A stretch of 64,000 nucleotides of DNA from Narcine bancroftii (GCF_036971445.1 NC_091473.1:79856001-79920000), one strand, 5' to 3'. Counted from the first letter of the stretch, positions 56,501 to 64,000 are shown. Translations and numbers: made by a program. Notes: generated by a model from the sequence alone, not told the origin.

Positions 56501-59500
56501 GTCCCAGCAACATCTTTGTCAATGTTCTCTGCCCTCTTTCGATCTTATTCAAATCTTTCCTGTAGGTTGATGACCAAAATTCTTGCAAGAACTTGTTAAA
56601 TAGATTTAATAATAGAACATGAAATTCACTATGCAGAATTAAATTCACAATTGTTTAAGGATTCTTTTTTTGCTTTCTCCCTTGTACAGTCCCTTGTATC
56701 CCACAGAATGTGGTAGCTCACATCAACTGTGAAAATAACACTGTGTCAGTGTTTTGGGATCCCAGTAATGGCTCAGAGTCATACCAAGTAACTGCACAAG
56801 GAACCAATGGCCATTGGGCCTCCTGCCAAACAACAGGCAGTGAATGTGAGGTCTCCGACGTGTATTGTGGACTGAACTATTATATAACTGTACAGTCAAT
56901 CTGCGTGGAGTGTAACAGCTCACAAAGCTCTGCTTTGACAGTTAAAACAGGTAATTCATGTGAATTATATAGAACCATGTCTAAAATTAACGTATTATAT
57001 GGATGTTGCTTCTCATGTATTATTCAGTCTATATTTATGAATTTTCTTCTTGCAGTACCATGTGTCCCCCAGAATGTTGACGCTCACATCGACTGTGATG
57101 ATGGACATATGTCAGTCTCCTGGGGGTTCAGTAAAGGAGCAATATCATACATTGCTACTGCAGAAGGAAGCAACATGCAGCAATGCAGCACCAATGATAC
57201 ACTGTGTGATATCACTGACCTGTATTGTGGAGAGACCTACACTGTCACAGTCCATGCACACGATGAGACATGTGATACTGTTGAAAGCCCTTCCATCACA
57301 AGGAGAACAGGTAACTGCAGAGATGTGCAATTTCCCTGAATCACAAATTTCTCTGTCAATCACACTCATCATTTCTGCACCAGATTGCTCTGTAGAAATA
57401 TCCTGAAATACATTTTCTCAGTATGATTTTGTAAATGATAACCTGTAGGTTAAACTAACAGTCTTTTATTAAACAAATCTGCTTGCTTATTAACAGGCTA
57501 CAGCTTCAAGGCAATTCAAAATTTAAAATGCAATGTCTGAGTCAAAGGCAGTTGGTCAATTGTATAATTCCATAGTGGGTGTACACCCAACAATATAGAA
57601 ACACATACTGAACATTTGATTAAAGATTTGGGTTATTTAAATAACTGCTCTTCATCCACTGTTTTCTTTTCAGTTTCGTGCATCCCACAGAATCTGGATG
57701 TGCAGCTGGACTGTGACACAAACGATGCTTCAGTGCTGTGGAGCCACACGAGAGGTGCAGTGTCTTACTCTGCAACAGCAGAAGGAAGTGATGGGCACAC
57801 AGTGTCCTGTGAGACATCCAAGAAAGAATGTCAGATAACTGAGCTACACTGTGGACAGATGTATAATTTAACTCTGACAGCACTGGACGGAGTGTGTGAC
57901 AACTCACAAAGCCCCCTGTTTGTGTTCAACACTGGTAGGACCTTTGTTTGACTTTGTTGCTTTAAAAACTAACTGTAAAATTTTCCATGACTTTTACACT
58001 TGCAATGCACCTGTTACCTATCGAAATACCACATCACATTGAGATAGAAAACTGTTAGAGGTAACCGCAAACAAATCCATGCTATACTGTGCAATATATG
58101 GTGGGTAGTCATGTATGAACATTATTGAAGAAAATTGGCAGCTACTTTTCATGTTCCATGCAATATAAGTGCAGAGGAAGGCTGTAGATGGAGCTCTCGA
58201 GAGTGCAATAATTGAATGACTTACTAAATTGTAAATACTGTAAAACTTCACTGATCCACTACTTGATTGTTGTGAAATTCTCATGGTTTGGCATCTGCCA
58301 CACCAGGTGATGTTTGCCATGCTTCCCTTTAGCTCAAATGTGCCTAATTCCTACACTTCCCTTTAGTTCCTGCCATCCCTTCTAATTCACTTGAACCCAA
58401 TTTCATAGCTCCTTTTTAATCTATTGGCAGCAGGTATCGTTCTAGTTCCTCACTCACCTGTTCTCAGTTCTCCAGCTCTCTTTAATCGCATTGGGTCATG
58501 TTTGCCATTCTCCCTTCAAACTCACCAGGATCCTTGCTTCTGCACTCATTTTAAACTGATTTCCCCATCCTTGCTTTCAATATAAACTTACAGAATTGGT
58601 TGTGCTGGTGTCTTCTTCTTTCTTTGGCTTGGCTTCGCGGACGAAGATTTATGGAGGGGTAATGTCCACGTCAGCTGCAGGCTCGTTTGTGGCTGACAAG
58701 TCCGATGTGGGACAGGCAGACACGGTTGCAGCGGTTGCAAGGGAAAATTGGTTGGTTGGGGTTGGGTGTTGGGTTTTTCCTCCTTTGTCTTTTGTCAGTG
58801 AGGTGGGCTCTGCGGTCTTCTTCAAAGGAGGTTGCTGCCCGCCGAACTGTGAGGCGCCAAGATGCACGGTTGGAGGCAATATCAGCCCACTGGCGATGGT
58901 CAGTGTGGCAGGCACCAAGAGCTTTCTTTAGGCAGTCCTTGTACCTCTTCTTTGGTGCACCTCTGTCTCGGTGGCCAGTGGAGAGCTCGCCATATAACAC
59001 GATCTTGGGAAGGAGATGGTCCTCCATTCTGGAGACGTGACCTACCCAGCGCAGTTTGATCTTCAGCAGTGTGGATTCAATGCTGTCGGCCTCTGCCATC
59101 TTGAGTATTTCGATGTTGGAGATGAAGTCGCTCCAATGAATGTTGAGGATGGAGTGGAGACAACGCTGGTGGAAGCGTTCTAGAAGCCGTAGGTGATGCC
59201 GGTAAAGGACCCATGATTCGGAGCCGAACAGGAGTGTGGGTATGACAACGGCTCTGTATACGCTAATCTTTGTGAGGTTTTTCAGTTGATTGTTTTTCCA
59301 GATTCTTTTGTGTAGTCTTCCAAAGGCGCTATTTGCCTTGGCGAGTCTGTTGTCTATCTCGTTGTCGATCCTTGCATCCGATGAAATGGTGCAGCCGAGA
59401 TAGGTAAACTGGTTGATCGATTTGAGTTTTGTGGGCCCGATGGAGATGTGGGGGGGCTGGTGTAATTATAGAATAAAACCCATGATCCAGAAAATCTATG

Positions 59501-62500
59501 TTAGTTTGACACAAAGTCCTGGATGTACCAGACAATTAGACATATGAAATTCCACCCAACTCTTAATATATTAGATTATTTTTAGAGTCTTTTAGTGACT
59601 CTAAACAAAGCCCTGGAACTCATGGACAGCAAAGACGCATACATCAGGATGCTCTTTATCGATTACAGATCAACATTCAACACTATCATCCCCTCAAAAC
59701 TGATCAGCAAACTCCAAGACCTGGGCCTCAATACCTGTGTAATTGGATCCTGGATTTCCTCACCTCAGGACAACAATCAGAGAGGATTGGCAAGAACTTC
59801 CTCTCCACAATCTCCATCAGTACCAGAATACCACAGGGCTGCATTCGTAGCCCCCTGCTCTACTCACTAAATGCCTATGACTGTGTGACTCGGCACATCA
59901 ATAACATCAGCTACATGGTAGTGTGTTGTATAAAAGGGGTTGATGAGTCAGGATACAGGAGGGAAATTTAAAATTTTGCTGTCTGGTGTACTAACAACCA
60001 CCTCGCACTCAATGTCACCAAAACCAAGAAGCTGATTGTGGACTTCAGGAGGGGAAAACTAGAGGTGTATGATCAGTGATCATTGGACAATCAGAGGAGG
60101 AGAGAGTGAGAAGATTTAAATGTCTGGGAATCACCATTTCTGAGGACCTTTCCTGGACACAACACATGAAGGTCATCGTGAAGAAAGCACATCAGCATCT
60201 CTCCTTCCTCAGTAGTTTGCAGAGGTATGACATCAAAGACCTTGGCAAACTTCGACAGATGTGCAGTAGAAAGTGTGCTTAACAGCTGCATAAAGACCTG
60301 GCATGGGGACACCAATACCTCTGGGTGGAAAACCCTGAAAAAGGTAATGACACAGCCCAGCACATCACAGGCAAAGCACTCCCCACCATCAAGAAAATCT
60401 ACATGGAACGCTGCTGTCAGAGAGCAGCAGCAATCTTCAAGGATCCTCATCACACAGGACAATGCAGCTGTTCTCACTGCTGCCATCAGAAAAGAGGTAT
60501 AGTTGTCACAAGTCTTGTATCATCAGGTTCAGGAACAGTTGCTACCCTCCACCATCAGACTCATTAACAACAAACTCAATCAGTGACTCATTTAAGGACT
60601 CTTACTTTGCAAATTATTTAATATTGACTATTTATTTTTAGTAATCCAGAGTTTGCTCTTCCTTCTTGTTTATATTTCTCTTTCTTTAAGTATTTTTTTC
60701 TTGATTACAGTTCTTTTGGCACTACAGAGAAATAAAAATTCTGTCTGGCCCGCAGGAAAAAGAATCTCAGGGTTGTATGCGATGTCATGTATGTACTCTG
60801 ACAATAAATCAGAACTTTGAACTTAATTTGAATTTTTCACTGGAACTAATTTATCATCATTCAGGTCCCTTGCCATTCAGTGTGGGGAATCATGTATCTC
60901 CATCCGTTACGATCTATGGCCCTCCAAATTGTAGTTGTTGCCTCCCCTGTTCTCCTTTGGTGAAGGCTCCATCTTTGAGCTGAGACCGTAGTCGATGTTG
61001 AGTCCACGATTATACAAGGAAAAAATACTGAAGTGGTTTCCCATTGCTTTCTTCAACTGCAGTGTTCATACTGTATGGGTATCCCTGACCATTGATCAGC
61101 AGATTCATCTGCCCAGTGTTTTTAGTTTTACAACCATAAATTCCAATTTGTAGAATCTACCTTTAAAAACCATCCACCATCTGTAATCCATGGCTTCACA
61201 TGGCCCTGATTGGGAGGTTAAACAGGTTCTACACCTTGCCTAAGGGTGATGTGTAGACTATTGGATAGACGGGGTGCCCTACACCTCCTTTTGCTGAGCA
61301 ATAGCGCAGCACCGACACTGGTGGAACCATTTGCATTGAATAAAACTTTATTTTCAAAGGTTCCAAAGAGAGATTTTCCTCAGTAATTATTTTTACAGCT
61401 GGTTAATTATTTTAAAGAGAGTTATTTGTTAATAATCAGTATAAAAATAAAATAGGTAATCTTATAAAGACAAAAATGATTATGCTGACATCATATATAT
61501 AGAAATATTTGGATTGTAGACATTTCTGCTTTCCCGCATTTTGCTTGTGTTTCTCTACTTTGCAGCCCCTTGTACCCCTGAACACATTTCCACCCATCTG
61601 AATTGTGACACCAGGAGTAGGTCAGTGACCTGGGAGAAAGCTGATGGTGCCGTGTGGTACATTGTAACGGCAGAAGGACAAGATGGACACATTTCACTGT
61701 GTAATACAACAGGAACAAACTGTGATTTTATGGACCTCCACTGCAGTCAAGTATATTTAATATCTGTGATAGCGATGGACAATTACTGTCAGAGTGTAAA
61801 CATCTCAATTTTTGAATCTGAAACAGGTAAACTTCCTCGAGTAAGTTATGTGAGAAATCATTAATTCATTGCTGTAACTGAAAGGCAGTTCTAAGGATTG
61901 CAATCTAGTCCGGTCACATTGTTTGTTTGGGAATTTATGGAGACTCTTATATCTCTCTCTGTGCTGATATAATTTAGCGATACATTGAAATGTTGGGTAT
62001 GTCTTTCTGCATGGCTTCCAACATTAATCCTTTGTTGTAGTGACTTTATGCCTCTCTGTGTGAAATAGAAGAGATTGTTTTCCTTCTTCTATTTTCAAGT
62101 AAGTGACCCAGACCCCAGCAACAAAAGGCCTGATCTGAAAATTCAGACCCAGCTGAACTGAATGCCTCGAAGGACAATTTACATCTTGACTGTGTATCTC
62201 CATGGAAACAATTTTGTTATCAAAGGAAACAATTGAAACTTTACACTACTATCATTAACTAAATACTCTTTTGTCCCTCTTCCTCCCCAAAAGCCCCTTG
62301 TCCCCCACAGAACGTACAAGCTGATTGTGCCGCTGTCACTGCCTTTGTAACATGGGAGCCGAGTAGTCTCACAGTGTGGTACACTGCAACAGCTGAGGGG
62401 AGTGATGGGCACACAGCCACCTGCACCACATCTGAAACAAGCTGCCTCATCCCACATCTTTACTGTAGCCAAATATACAGCATTTCGGTGCTCGCGTTTG

Positions 62501-63672
62501 GAGAAACCTGCAGCAGCCTCCAAAGCTCCAGCTATGAAATTCAGACAGGTAATGCAGAAAGAGGGAATCTCTTAATACAGCACTACTTCAAAATGTTTCA
62601 GATGCAACAGCCATCACTAATCTGCTGTTACCAATTATTAGGAGAACAAGTTCAGGTTAACATGCTCCATATTAATCACCTGAGTTGGACATTATTCCAA
62701 CCTTCTTATTTTAAAGAACCTTTCTATTAAATTTATGTTGGGTGGAATAAGAATCCTTTTCTCATGCCTGGCAACATTAATGCAAGGATTAAAAATTCAG
62801 GATAAACATTTTGGATACTTAGAATTTGAAATGGATCACAACCATAATGAGCCAGACTCTTGATCTGAAATTTCTTGGATACAAAGATCTGCAATGAATG
62901 GACAAATGTGGAATATTTGTGACTGAAGGTATTTGATTTCAGTGAGATGCCCAAAGTCCACCTGTGATTCAATATTCTGTGAATGCAGACAGAACCTTAG
63001 CAGTCAATAATTTCTTGACTTATATGTCTATATTTCATTTTCTACAGCACCATGTGCCCCAGATGAAATCATTGCCAATGTGGATTGTAACTCCAATCGA
63101 GTGGTAGTATATTGGGGCCGGTCTAATGGAGCCAGGGAATTCAATGTAATCGCGGAAGGAAGTGATGGACATACACACTCTCACAACACAACAGAGACAC
63201 GCTATGAAATGCTGGATTTACACTGTGGACAGTCCTATAACATAACCGTTACAACACTGAGTTATGGTCGGCACAGTATTTCAAGTACTTCCATCCAAAT
63301 CCAAACTGGTAAATCATGTCCCACCAGAAAATAATGTTGATGTTTAGTAAATATATGTATATATTTACAAGACGGCAAGAGAATTGATATTCACTTGTAT
63401 TTTGTACATAGCACCATGCATTCCTGAGAATCTAACAGCTGAGCTGATTTGTGATTTGAATACAATATCCTTCTGGTGGGATGAGACTGATGGAGCACAG
63501 TTATACACTGTGACCATTCGAGACAGTCAAAGAGTCACGGCTTTATTCAACACAAGTGATGCAAGCGCTCAAATCCAAAACCTACAGTGTGGTGAATATT
63601 ACACAATCTCTGTTCTAGCAACAGATGACATCTGCAGGAGACCCCAAAGTGCAGTGGTGAATGTACATGCAG
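1801..63672 (+). CDS. FNDC7: Internal portion of a giant multi-exon FNDC7-like (Cys-rich fibronectin type III repeat) gene; 34 intact one-domain exons in a 9-exon super-repeat; both ends lie outside the window
   Basis: Recurrent exons (A/V)PCxPxN...CD...V.W....GA..Y...AEG.DG...C......C....L.CG..Y...V.A....C.S..S......T, the FNDC7-type FN3 pattern. All are bounded by polypyrimidine-AG and G|GTA, are multiples of 3 long, and have phase-1 introns. Strict orthology to FNDC7 is not established (FNDC7-like). Confidence 0.85.
2321..2581 (+). CDS. FN3 exon B1 ([17 protein letters not shown]...LIIKT)
   Basis: gtacag|TCCCT...ACAG|gtaatt, 261 nt. Confidence 0.93.
2701..2955 (+). CDS. FN3 exon C1 ([17 protein letters not shown]...ITRRT)
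   Basis: ttgcag|TACCA...ACAG|gtaact, 255 nt. Confidence 0.93.
3100..3575 (-). mobile_element. Old degenerate CR1-like LINE 3' fragment
   Basis: Degenerate versions of CR1 3'-end motifs (attccatagtttcaccacactctg; gtggcctcaccaagccc) also seen in younger copies here; ends approximate. Confidence 0.5.
3652..3912 (+). CDS. FN3 exon D1 ([17 protein letters not shown]...FVFNT)
   Basis: tttcag|TTTCG...ACTG|gtaaga, 261 nt. Confidence 0.93.
4265..4965 (+). repeat. Unclassified interspersed repeat, copy 2
   Basis: Collinear similarity to 1000-1630; ends approximate. Confidence 0.6.
5531..6280 (-). mobile_element. CR1 LINE, 5'-truncated (ORF2 C-terminus plus 3' tail)
   Basis: ORF 5395..6471 contains RDLGV...[19 protein letters not shown]...[10 protein letters not shown]...[14 protein letters not shown], typical of CR1 ORF2. 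Confidence 0.9.
6635..6857 (-). mobile_element. Solo LTR (223 bp)
   Basis: 5-bp TSD ATCAG (6630-6634 and 6858-6862), ...TCACA terminus, minus-strand AATAAA (ttttatt near 6677). Confidence 0.7.
7482..7739 (+). CDS. FN3 exon E1 ([17 protein letters not shown]...IETET), divergent copy
   Basis: ttgcag|CTCCT...ACAG|gtacga, 258 nt. Confidence 0.92.
8817..9071 (+). CDS. FN3 exon F1 ([15 protein letters not shown]...YEIQT)
   Basis: caaaag|CCCCG...ACAG|gtaatg, 255 nt. Confidence 0.9.
9680..9920 (+). mobile_element. CR1 3'-end fragment
   Basis: agggtggtgaatatatgaa...ggcctgtactgtgctgtaatgttctat tail; ends approximate. Confidence 0.6.
10446..10706 (+). CDS. FN3 exon G1 ([17 protein letters not shown]...IQIQT)
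   Basis: ttaaag|CATCA...ACTG|gtaatt, 261 nt. Confidence 0.9.
10793..11053 (+). CDS. FN3 exon H1 ([17 protein letters not shown]...VNVHA)
   Basis: acatag|CACCA...GCAG|gtatca, 261 nt. Confidence 0.92.
11472..11732 (+). CDS. FN3 exon I1 ([17 protein letters not shown]...VEIQT)
   Basis: tttcag|TTGCT...ACAG|gtaact, 261 nt. Confidence 0.92.
11990..12190. mobile_element. Tc1/mariner (Tigger/pogo-like) MITE
   Basis: ta|cactaaacccc ... ggggttttactg|ta: imperfect TIRs with TA duplication. Confidence 0.65.
12239..12499 (+). CDS. FN3 exon A2
   Basis: ctccag|CACCC...ACAG|gtaaaa, 261 nt. Confidence 0.92.
13616..14287 (-). mobile_element. Solo LTR interrupted by an RTE insertion
   Basis: TGTTAG...ACCACA termini, promoter-like GC box and tttataa on the minus strand; RTE sits inside. 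Confidence 0.45.
13672..14062 (-). mobile_element. RTE-clade LINE 3' fragment
   Basis: [33 protein letters not shown]...[14 protein letters not shown]; (GAA)-type tail. Confidence 0.88.
14316..15271 (+). mobile_element. Internally deleted Chapaev3-type (CMC superfamily) DNA transposon relic
   Basis: TIRs CACTGGACAA / TTGACCAGTG; residual peptides [16 protein letters not shown] and [16 protein letters not shown] near 14710-14835; a LINE tail is inserted at about 14980-15225. Confidence 0.65.
15400..15660 (+). CDS. FN3 exon B2
   Basis: ccacag|TCCCT...ACAG|gtaatt, 261 nt. Confidence 0.92.
15786..16040 (+). CDS. FN3 exon C2
   Basis: ttgcag|TACCA...ACAG|gtaact, 255 nt. Confidence 0.92.
16198..16458 (+). 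CDS. FN3 exon D2
   Basis: tttcag|TTTCG...ACTG|gtaggt, 261 nt. Confidence 0.92.
17049..17309 (+). CDS. FN3 exon E2 ([17 protein letters not shown]...LETET)
   Basis: ttgcag|CCCCT...ACAG|gtaaaa, 261 nt. Confidence 0.92.
17783..18037 (+). CDS. FN3 exon F2
   Basis: caaaag|CCCCT...ACAG|gtaaag, 255 nt. Confidence 0.9.
21034..21390 (+). mobile_element. CR1 3'-end fragment, same young family as 5531-6280
   Basis: [32 protein letters not shown]...[14 protein letters not shown]; near-identical tail. Confidence 0.9.
21522..21782 (+). CDS. FN3 exon G2
   Basis: ttatag|CACCA...ACTG|gtaatg, 261 nt. Confidence 0.9.
21886..22286 (+). pseudogene. Decayed pseudo-exon H2
   Basis: Recognisable H-exon sequence (gtgggatgactctgatggaacaaaattttacactgtg; gctcaaatccaaaacccgcagtgtagtgaa). 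Acceptor is tat instead of tag, donor is gcatcac instead of gtatcac, there are internal deletions and a stop, and a 153-nt insertion with a 15-bp TSD. Confidence 0.85.
22080..22232 (+). mobile_element. Penelope pseudo-LTR-derived short insertion inside pseudo-exon H2
   Basis: 15-bp TSD AAAACAGATAACATC (22065-22079 and 22233-22247); resembles the Penelope tails at 24100-24240 and 26000-26110. Confidence 0.75.
22375..24240 (+). mobile_element. Penelope-like element (Neptune-type), decayed RT plus GIY-YIG endonuclease, with inverted 5' pLTR
   Basis: GVAMGT-like RT motif near 22840; IPLVLTYHP; Cys linker CDCRKCHTC; [22 protein letters not shown] (GIY-YIG). 22420-22485 is the reverse complement of 24125-24190. 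Flanks cagcaaatgttc / cagtaaatgttc are TSD-like. Confidence 0.85.
24925..26110 (+). mobile_element. Second Penelope-like element fragment (3' part)
   Basis: [15 protein letters not shown]...IPLILTYHP; [17 protein letters not shown]; pLTR tail. Confidence 0.8.
26395..26655 (+). CDS. FN3 exon I2
   Basis: tttcag|TCCCT...ACAG|gtaaca, 261 nt. Confidence 0.92.
26678..30460 (-). mobile_element. Near full-length decayed CR1 LINE (ORF1 esterase-like, ORF2 EN/RT)
   Basis: [49 protein letters not shown] (27511..27960); ALVIGD and [12 protein letters not shown]-like ORF1 motifs (29834-30233); many frameshifts. Confidence 0.9.
30918..31477 (-). mobile_element. RTE-clade LINE 3' fragment
   Basis: Near-identical to 13672-14062 and 58612-59455; TSD-like GCCAAAAT on both sides. 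Confidence 0.88.
32326..32500 (+). repeat. 5' LTR of the Gypsy element
   Basis: Direct repeat of 36890-37064; followed by the PBS. Confidence 0.96.
32609..36711 (+). pseudogene. gag-pol of the Gypsy element, split over three frames
   Basis: Two CCHC knuckles ([10 protein letters not shown]; [10 protein letters not shown]); protease DSG; RT ([22 protein letters not shown]); RNase H ([18 protein letters not shown]); integrase (AHEGH, VAVDF, SDNGPQF, NGEVEK). Frameshifts near 34935 and 35300. Confidence 0.93.
36890..37064 (+). repeat. 3' LTR of the Gypsy element
   Basis: Preceded by the PPT, followed by TSD CTTTC. Confidence 0.96.
37241..37501 (+). CDS. FN3 exon A3
   Basis: cttcag|CCCCC...ACAG|gtatga, 261 nt. 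Confidence 0.92.
37773..38033 (+). CDS. FN3 exon B3
   Basis: ctgcag|ACCCT...GCAG|gtaatt, 261 nt. Confidence 0.92.
38164..38418 (+). CDS. FN3 exon C3
   Basis: ttgcag|TTCCT...ACAG|gtaact, 255 nt. Confidence 0.92.
38472..39510 (+). mobile_element. About 1-kb solo LTR-like element in the C3-D3 intron
   Basis: Starts TGTGACAGAA; absent from the otherwise similar C2-D2 intron; a related copy lies inverted at 50325-51410. Confidence 0.7.
39627..39887 (+). CDS. FN3 exon D3
   Basis: tttcag|TTTCG...ACTG|gtaggt, 261 nt. Confidence 0.92.
39982..40350 (+). mobile_element. Solo LTR
   Basis: TGTAG...GTACA termini, CCAAT boxes, TATAAAA (about 40222), AATAAA (about 40245), CpG-rich. Confidence 0.65.
41550..42332. 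repeat. GC-rich non-autonomous element (possibly Harbinger-like) with internal minisatellites
   Basis: About 27-bp units like gcagtcccccactggccactccagccc (41840-42055) and about 19-bp units like ggctgtcaggcagtgaggg (42058-42155); weak inverted termini agctgc / gcggct. Confidence 0.45.
42797..43057 (+). CDS. FN3 exon E3
   Basis: ttgcag|CCCCT...ACAG|gtaaaa, 261 nt. Confidence 0.92.
43487..43741 (+). CDS. FN3 exon F3
   Basis: caaaag|CCCCT...ACAG|gtaatg, 255 nt. Confidence 0.9.
44241..44501 (+). CDS. FN3 exon G3
   Basis: ctacag|CACCA...ACTG|gtaaat, 261 nt. Confidence 0.92.
44543..44578. repeat. (TA)n microsatellite in the G3-H3 intron
   Basis: Expanded relative to the short tract in the paralogous G4-H4 intron. 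Confidence 0.9.
44623..44883 (+). CDS. FN3 exon H3
   Basis: acatag|CACCA...GCAG|gtaaaa, 261 nt. Confidence 0.92.
45070..45312 (+). mobile_element. tRNA-derived SINE (V-SINE-like)
   Basis: B-box GGTTCGAACCC; V-domain-like ttctccctgtttctgcttgagttttctatgggtactctggtttcttcccac; A-rich tail. Confidence 0.7.
45692..48658 (-). mobile_element. ORF1-only L1-clade element (HAL1-like), full length with TSD
   Basis: 14-bp TSD AAAAAGACATGCTT (45678-45691 and 48659-48672); 5' end GGGGGGGCGTGGCAAGATGGC; L1 ORF1p motifs [43 protein letters not shown]; AATAAA and short poly(A); no ORF2. Confidence 0.85.
47039..48521 (-). pseudogene. L1-type ORF1 (coiled coil plus RRM/CTD) with one in-frame TGA at 47315-47317 and a probable 5' frameshift
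   Basis: ORFs 47315..48397 and 47039..47290 are in the same frame across ...[18 protein letters not shown]. Confidence 0.8.
49165..49930 (-). mobile_element. CR1 3' fragment
   Basis: [22 protein letters not shown]; [31 protein letters not shown]. Confidence 0.85.
50325..51410 (-). mobile_element. About 1.1-kb solo LTR-like element, same family as 38472-39510
   Basis: TGTTATGAGCCC...GGTCACA termini; reverse-complement similarity at both ends; internal 23-bp tandem repeat (ttcagttccaacaagcttcctgc) near 50915-50980. Confidence 0.7.
52614..52874 (+). CDS. FN3 exon I3
   Basis: tttcag|TTCCT...ACAG|gtaact, 261 nt. Confidence 0.92.
53335..55025 (+). mobile_element. Decayed CR1 ORF2 fragment with 3' tail
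   Basis: [29 protein letters not shown]; [17 protein letters not shown]; same family as 26678-30460, opposite orientation. Confidence 0.88.
55426..55686 (+). CDS. FN3 exon A4
   Basis: tctcag|CTCCC...ACAG|gtatga, 261 nt. Confidence 0.92.
56242..56590 (-). mobile_element. CR1 3' fragment with internal deletions
   Basis: agaaccacagaacac tail; [18 protein letters not shown]. Confidence 0.65.
56690..56950 (+). CDS. FN3 exon B4
   Basis: gtacag|TCCCT...ACAG|gtaatt, 261 nt. Confidence 0.92.
57056..57310 (+). CDS. FN3 exon C4
   Basis: ttgcag|TACCA...ACAG|gtaact, 255 nt. Confidence 0.92.
57674..57934 (+). CDS. FN3 exon D4
   Basis: tttcag|TTTCG...ACTG|gtagga, 261 nt. Confidence 0.92.
58612..59455 (-). 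mobile_element. RTE-clade LINE 3' fragment
   Basis: [24 protein letters not shown]...[21 protein letters not shown]; TSD GCTGGTGT (58604-58611 and 59456-59463). Confidence 0.9.
59596..60830 (+). mobile_element. Rex1/Babar-type LINE fragment
   Basis: [31 protein letters not shown]; [23 protein letters not shown]; tail gacaataaatc shared with 14980-15225 and (inverted) 24500-24600. Confidence 0.8.
61566..61826 (+). CDS. FN3 exon E4
   Basis: ttgcag|CCCCT...ACAG|gtaaac, 261 nt. Confidence 0.92.
62294..62548 (+). CDS. FN3 exon F4
   Basis: caaaag|CCCCT...ACAG|gtaatg, 255 nt. Confidence 0.9.
63048..63308 (+). CDS. FN3 exon G4
   Basis: ctacag|CACCA...ACTG|gtaaat, 261 nt. Confidence 0.92.
63412..63672 (+). 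CDS. FN3 exon H4
   Basis: acatag|CACCA...GCAG|gtattg, 261 nt. Confidence 0.92.
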
Positions 63673-64000
63673 GTATTGCTCACTTTGTAAAGCTTTATGC
63701 GATATGTTAGCAAGTGAAGTCTTGAAATCCAGTGACAGTACATTAATGTAGCTTTCCTCAGACTTATTCACTCCGTTAATGTTAAACTTTTAAAAAATAT
63801 TAGATACTGCAACTTTGGAACATAGCCTCCAGATTTGGTGGGGTGGGGGGGGGGTGTGGTGTGGATATGAGGAGGAACTGCTTCTTTCAGGGAGTAGTGA
63901 ATCTGTGGAATTCTCTGCCCAAGAAGGCAACACAGAGGCACATGTAGACCTTTGAATAGGAAAGGAATTATGGGTGATGGAGAATGAGTGGGTAAGTGGA

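Noticed and set aside
1801-63672. Dscam-like mutually exclusive exon clusters or antigen-receptor V segments
   Set aside because: Like exons are interleaved in a fixed A-I order rather than clustered by type; the domains are FN3, not Ig-V; no RSS heptamer/nonamer was noticed at exon ends.
63836-63865. G-rich tract as a functional G-quadruplex
   Set aside because: Low-complexity run beside a CR1-like fragment; similar tracts occur elsewhere (800-820, 5433-5450) with no supporting context.

Overview
Eukaryotic (vertebrate) genomic DNA. The repeat content (CR1, Penelope, V-SINE, RTE, Rex1) suggests a cartilaginous fish, which is an inference. The whole window is an internal part of one very large + strand gene. 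It has 34 intact exons of 255-261 nt, each flanked by AG/GT phase-1 introns and each encoding one Cys-rich FNDC7-type fibronectin type III domain. The exons form a nine-domain super-repeat (A-B-C-D-E-F-G-H-I) read almost four times, about 2,940 codons in total, with no start or stop exon visible. Exon H of repeat 2 is a dead pseudo-exon. Equivalent exons in different repeats are near-identical even at synonymous sites (D1 vs D3: 1 difference in 261 nt by eye), while their introns are largely unalignable. This points to exon-restricted concerted evolution. The introns carry a complete but frameshifted Gypsy LTR element, a TSD-flanked ORF1-only 'half-L1' element, Penelope-like elements with hammerhead-ribozyme relics, CR1/RTE/Rex1 LINE fragments, a Chapaev3-type relic, solo LTRs, a SINE and MITEs. 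All coordinates and difference counts were read by eye; no alignment or database search was run.
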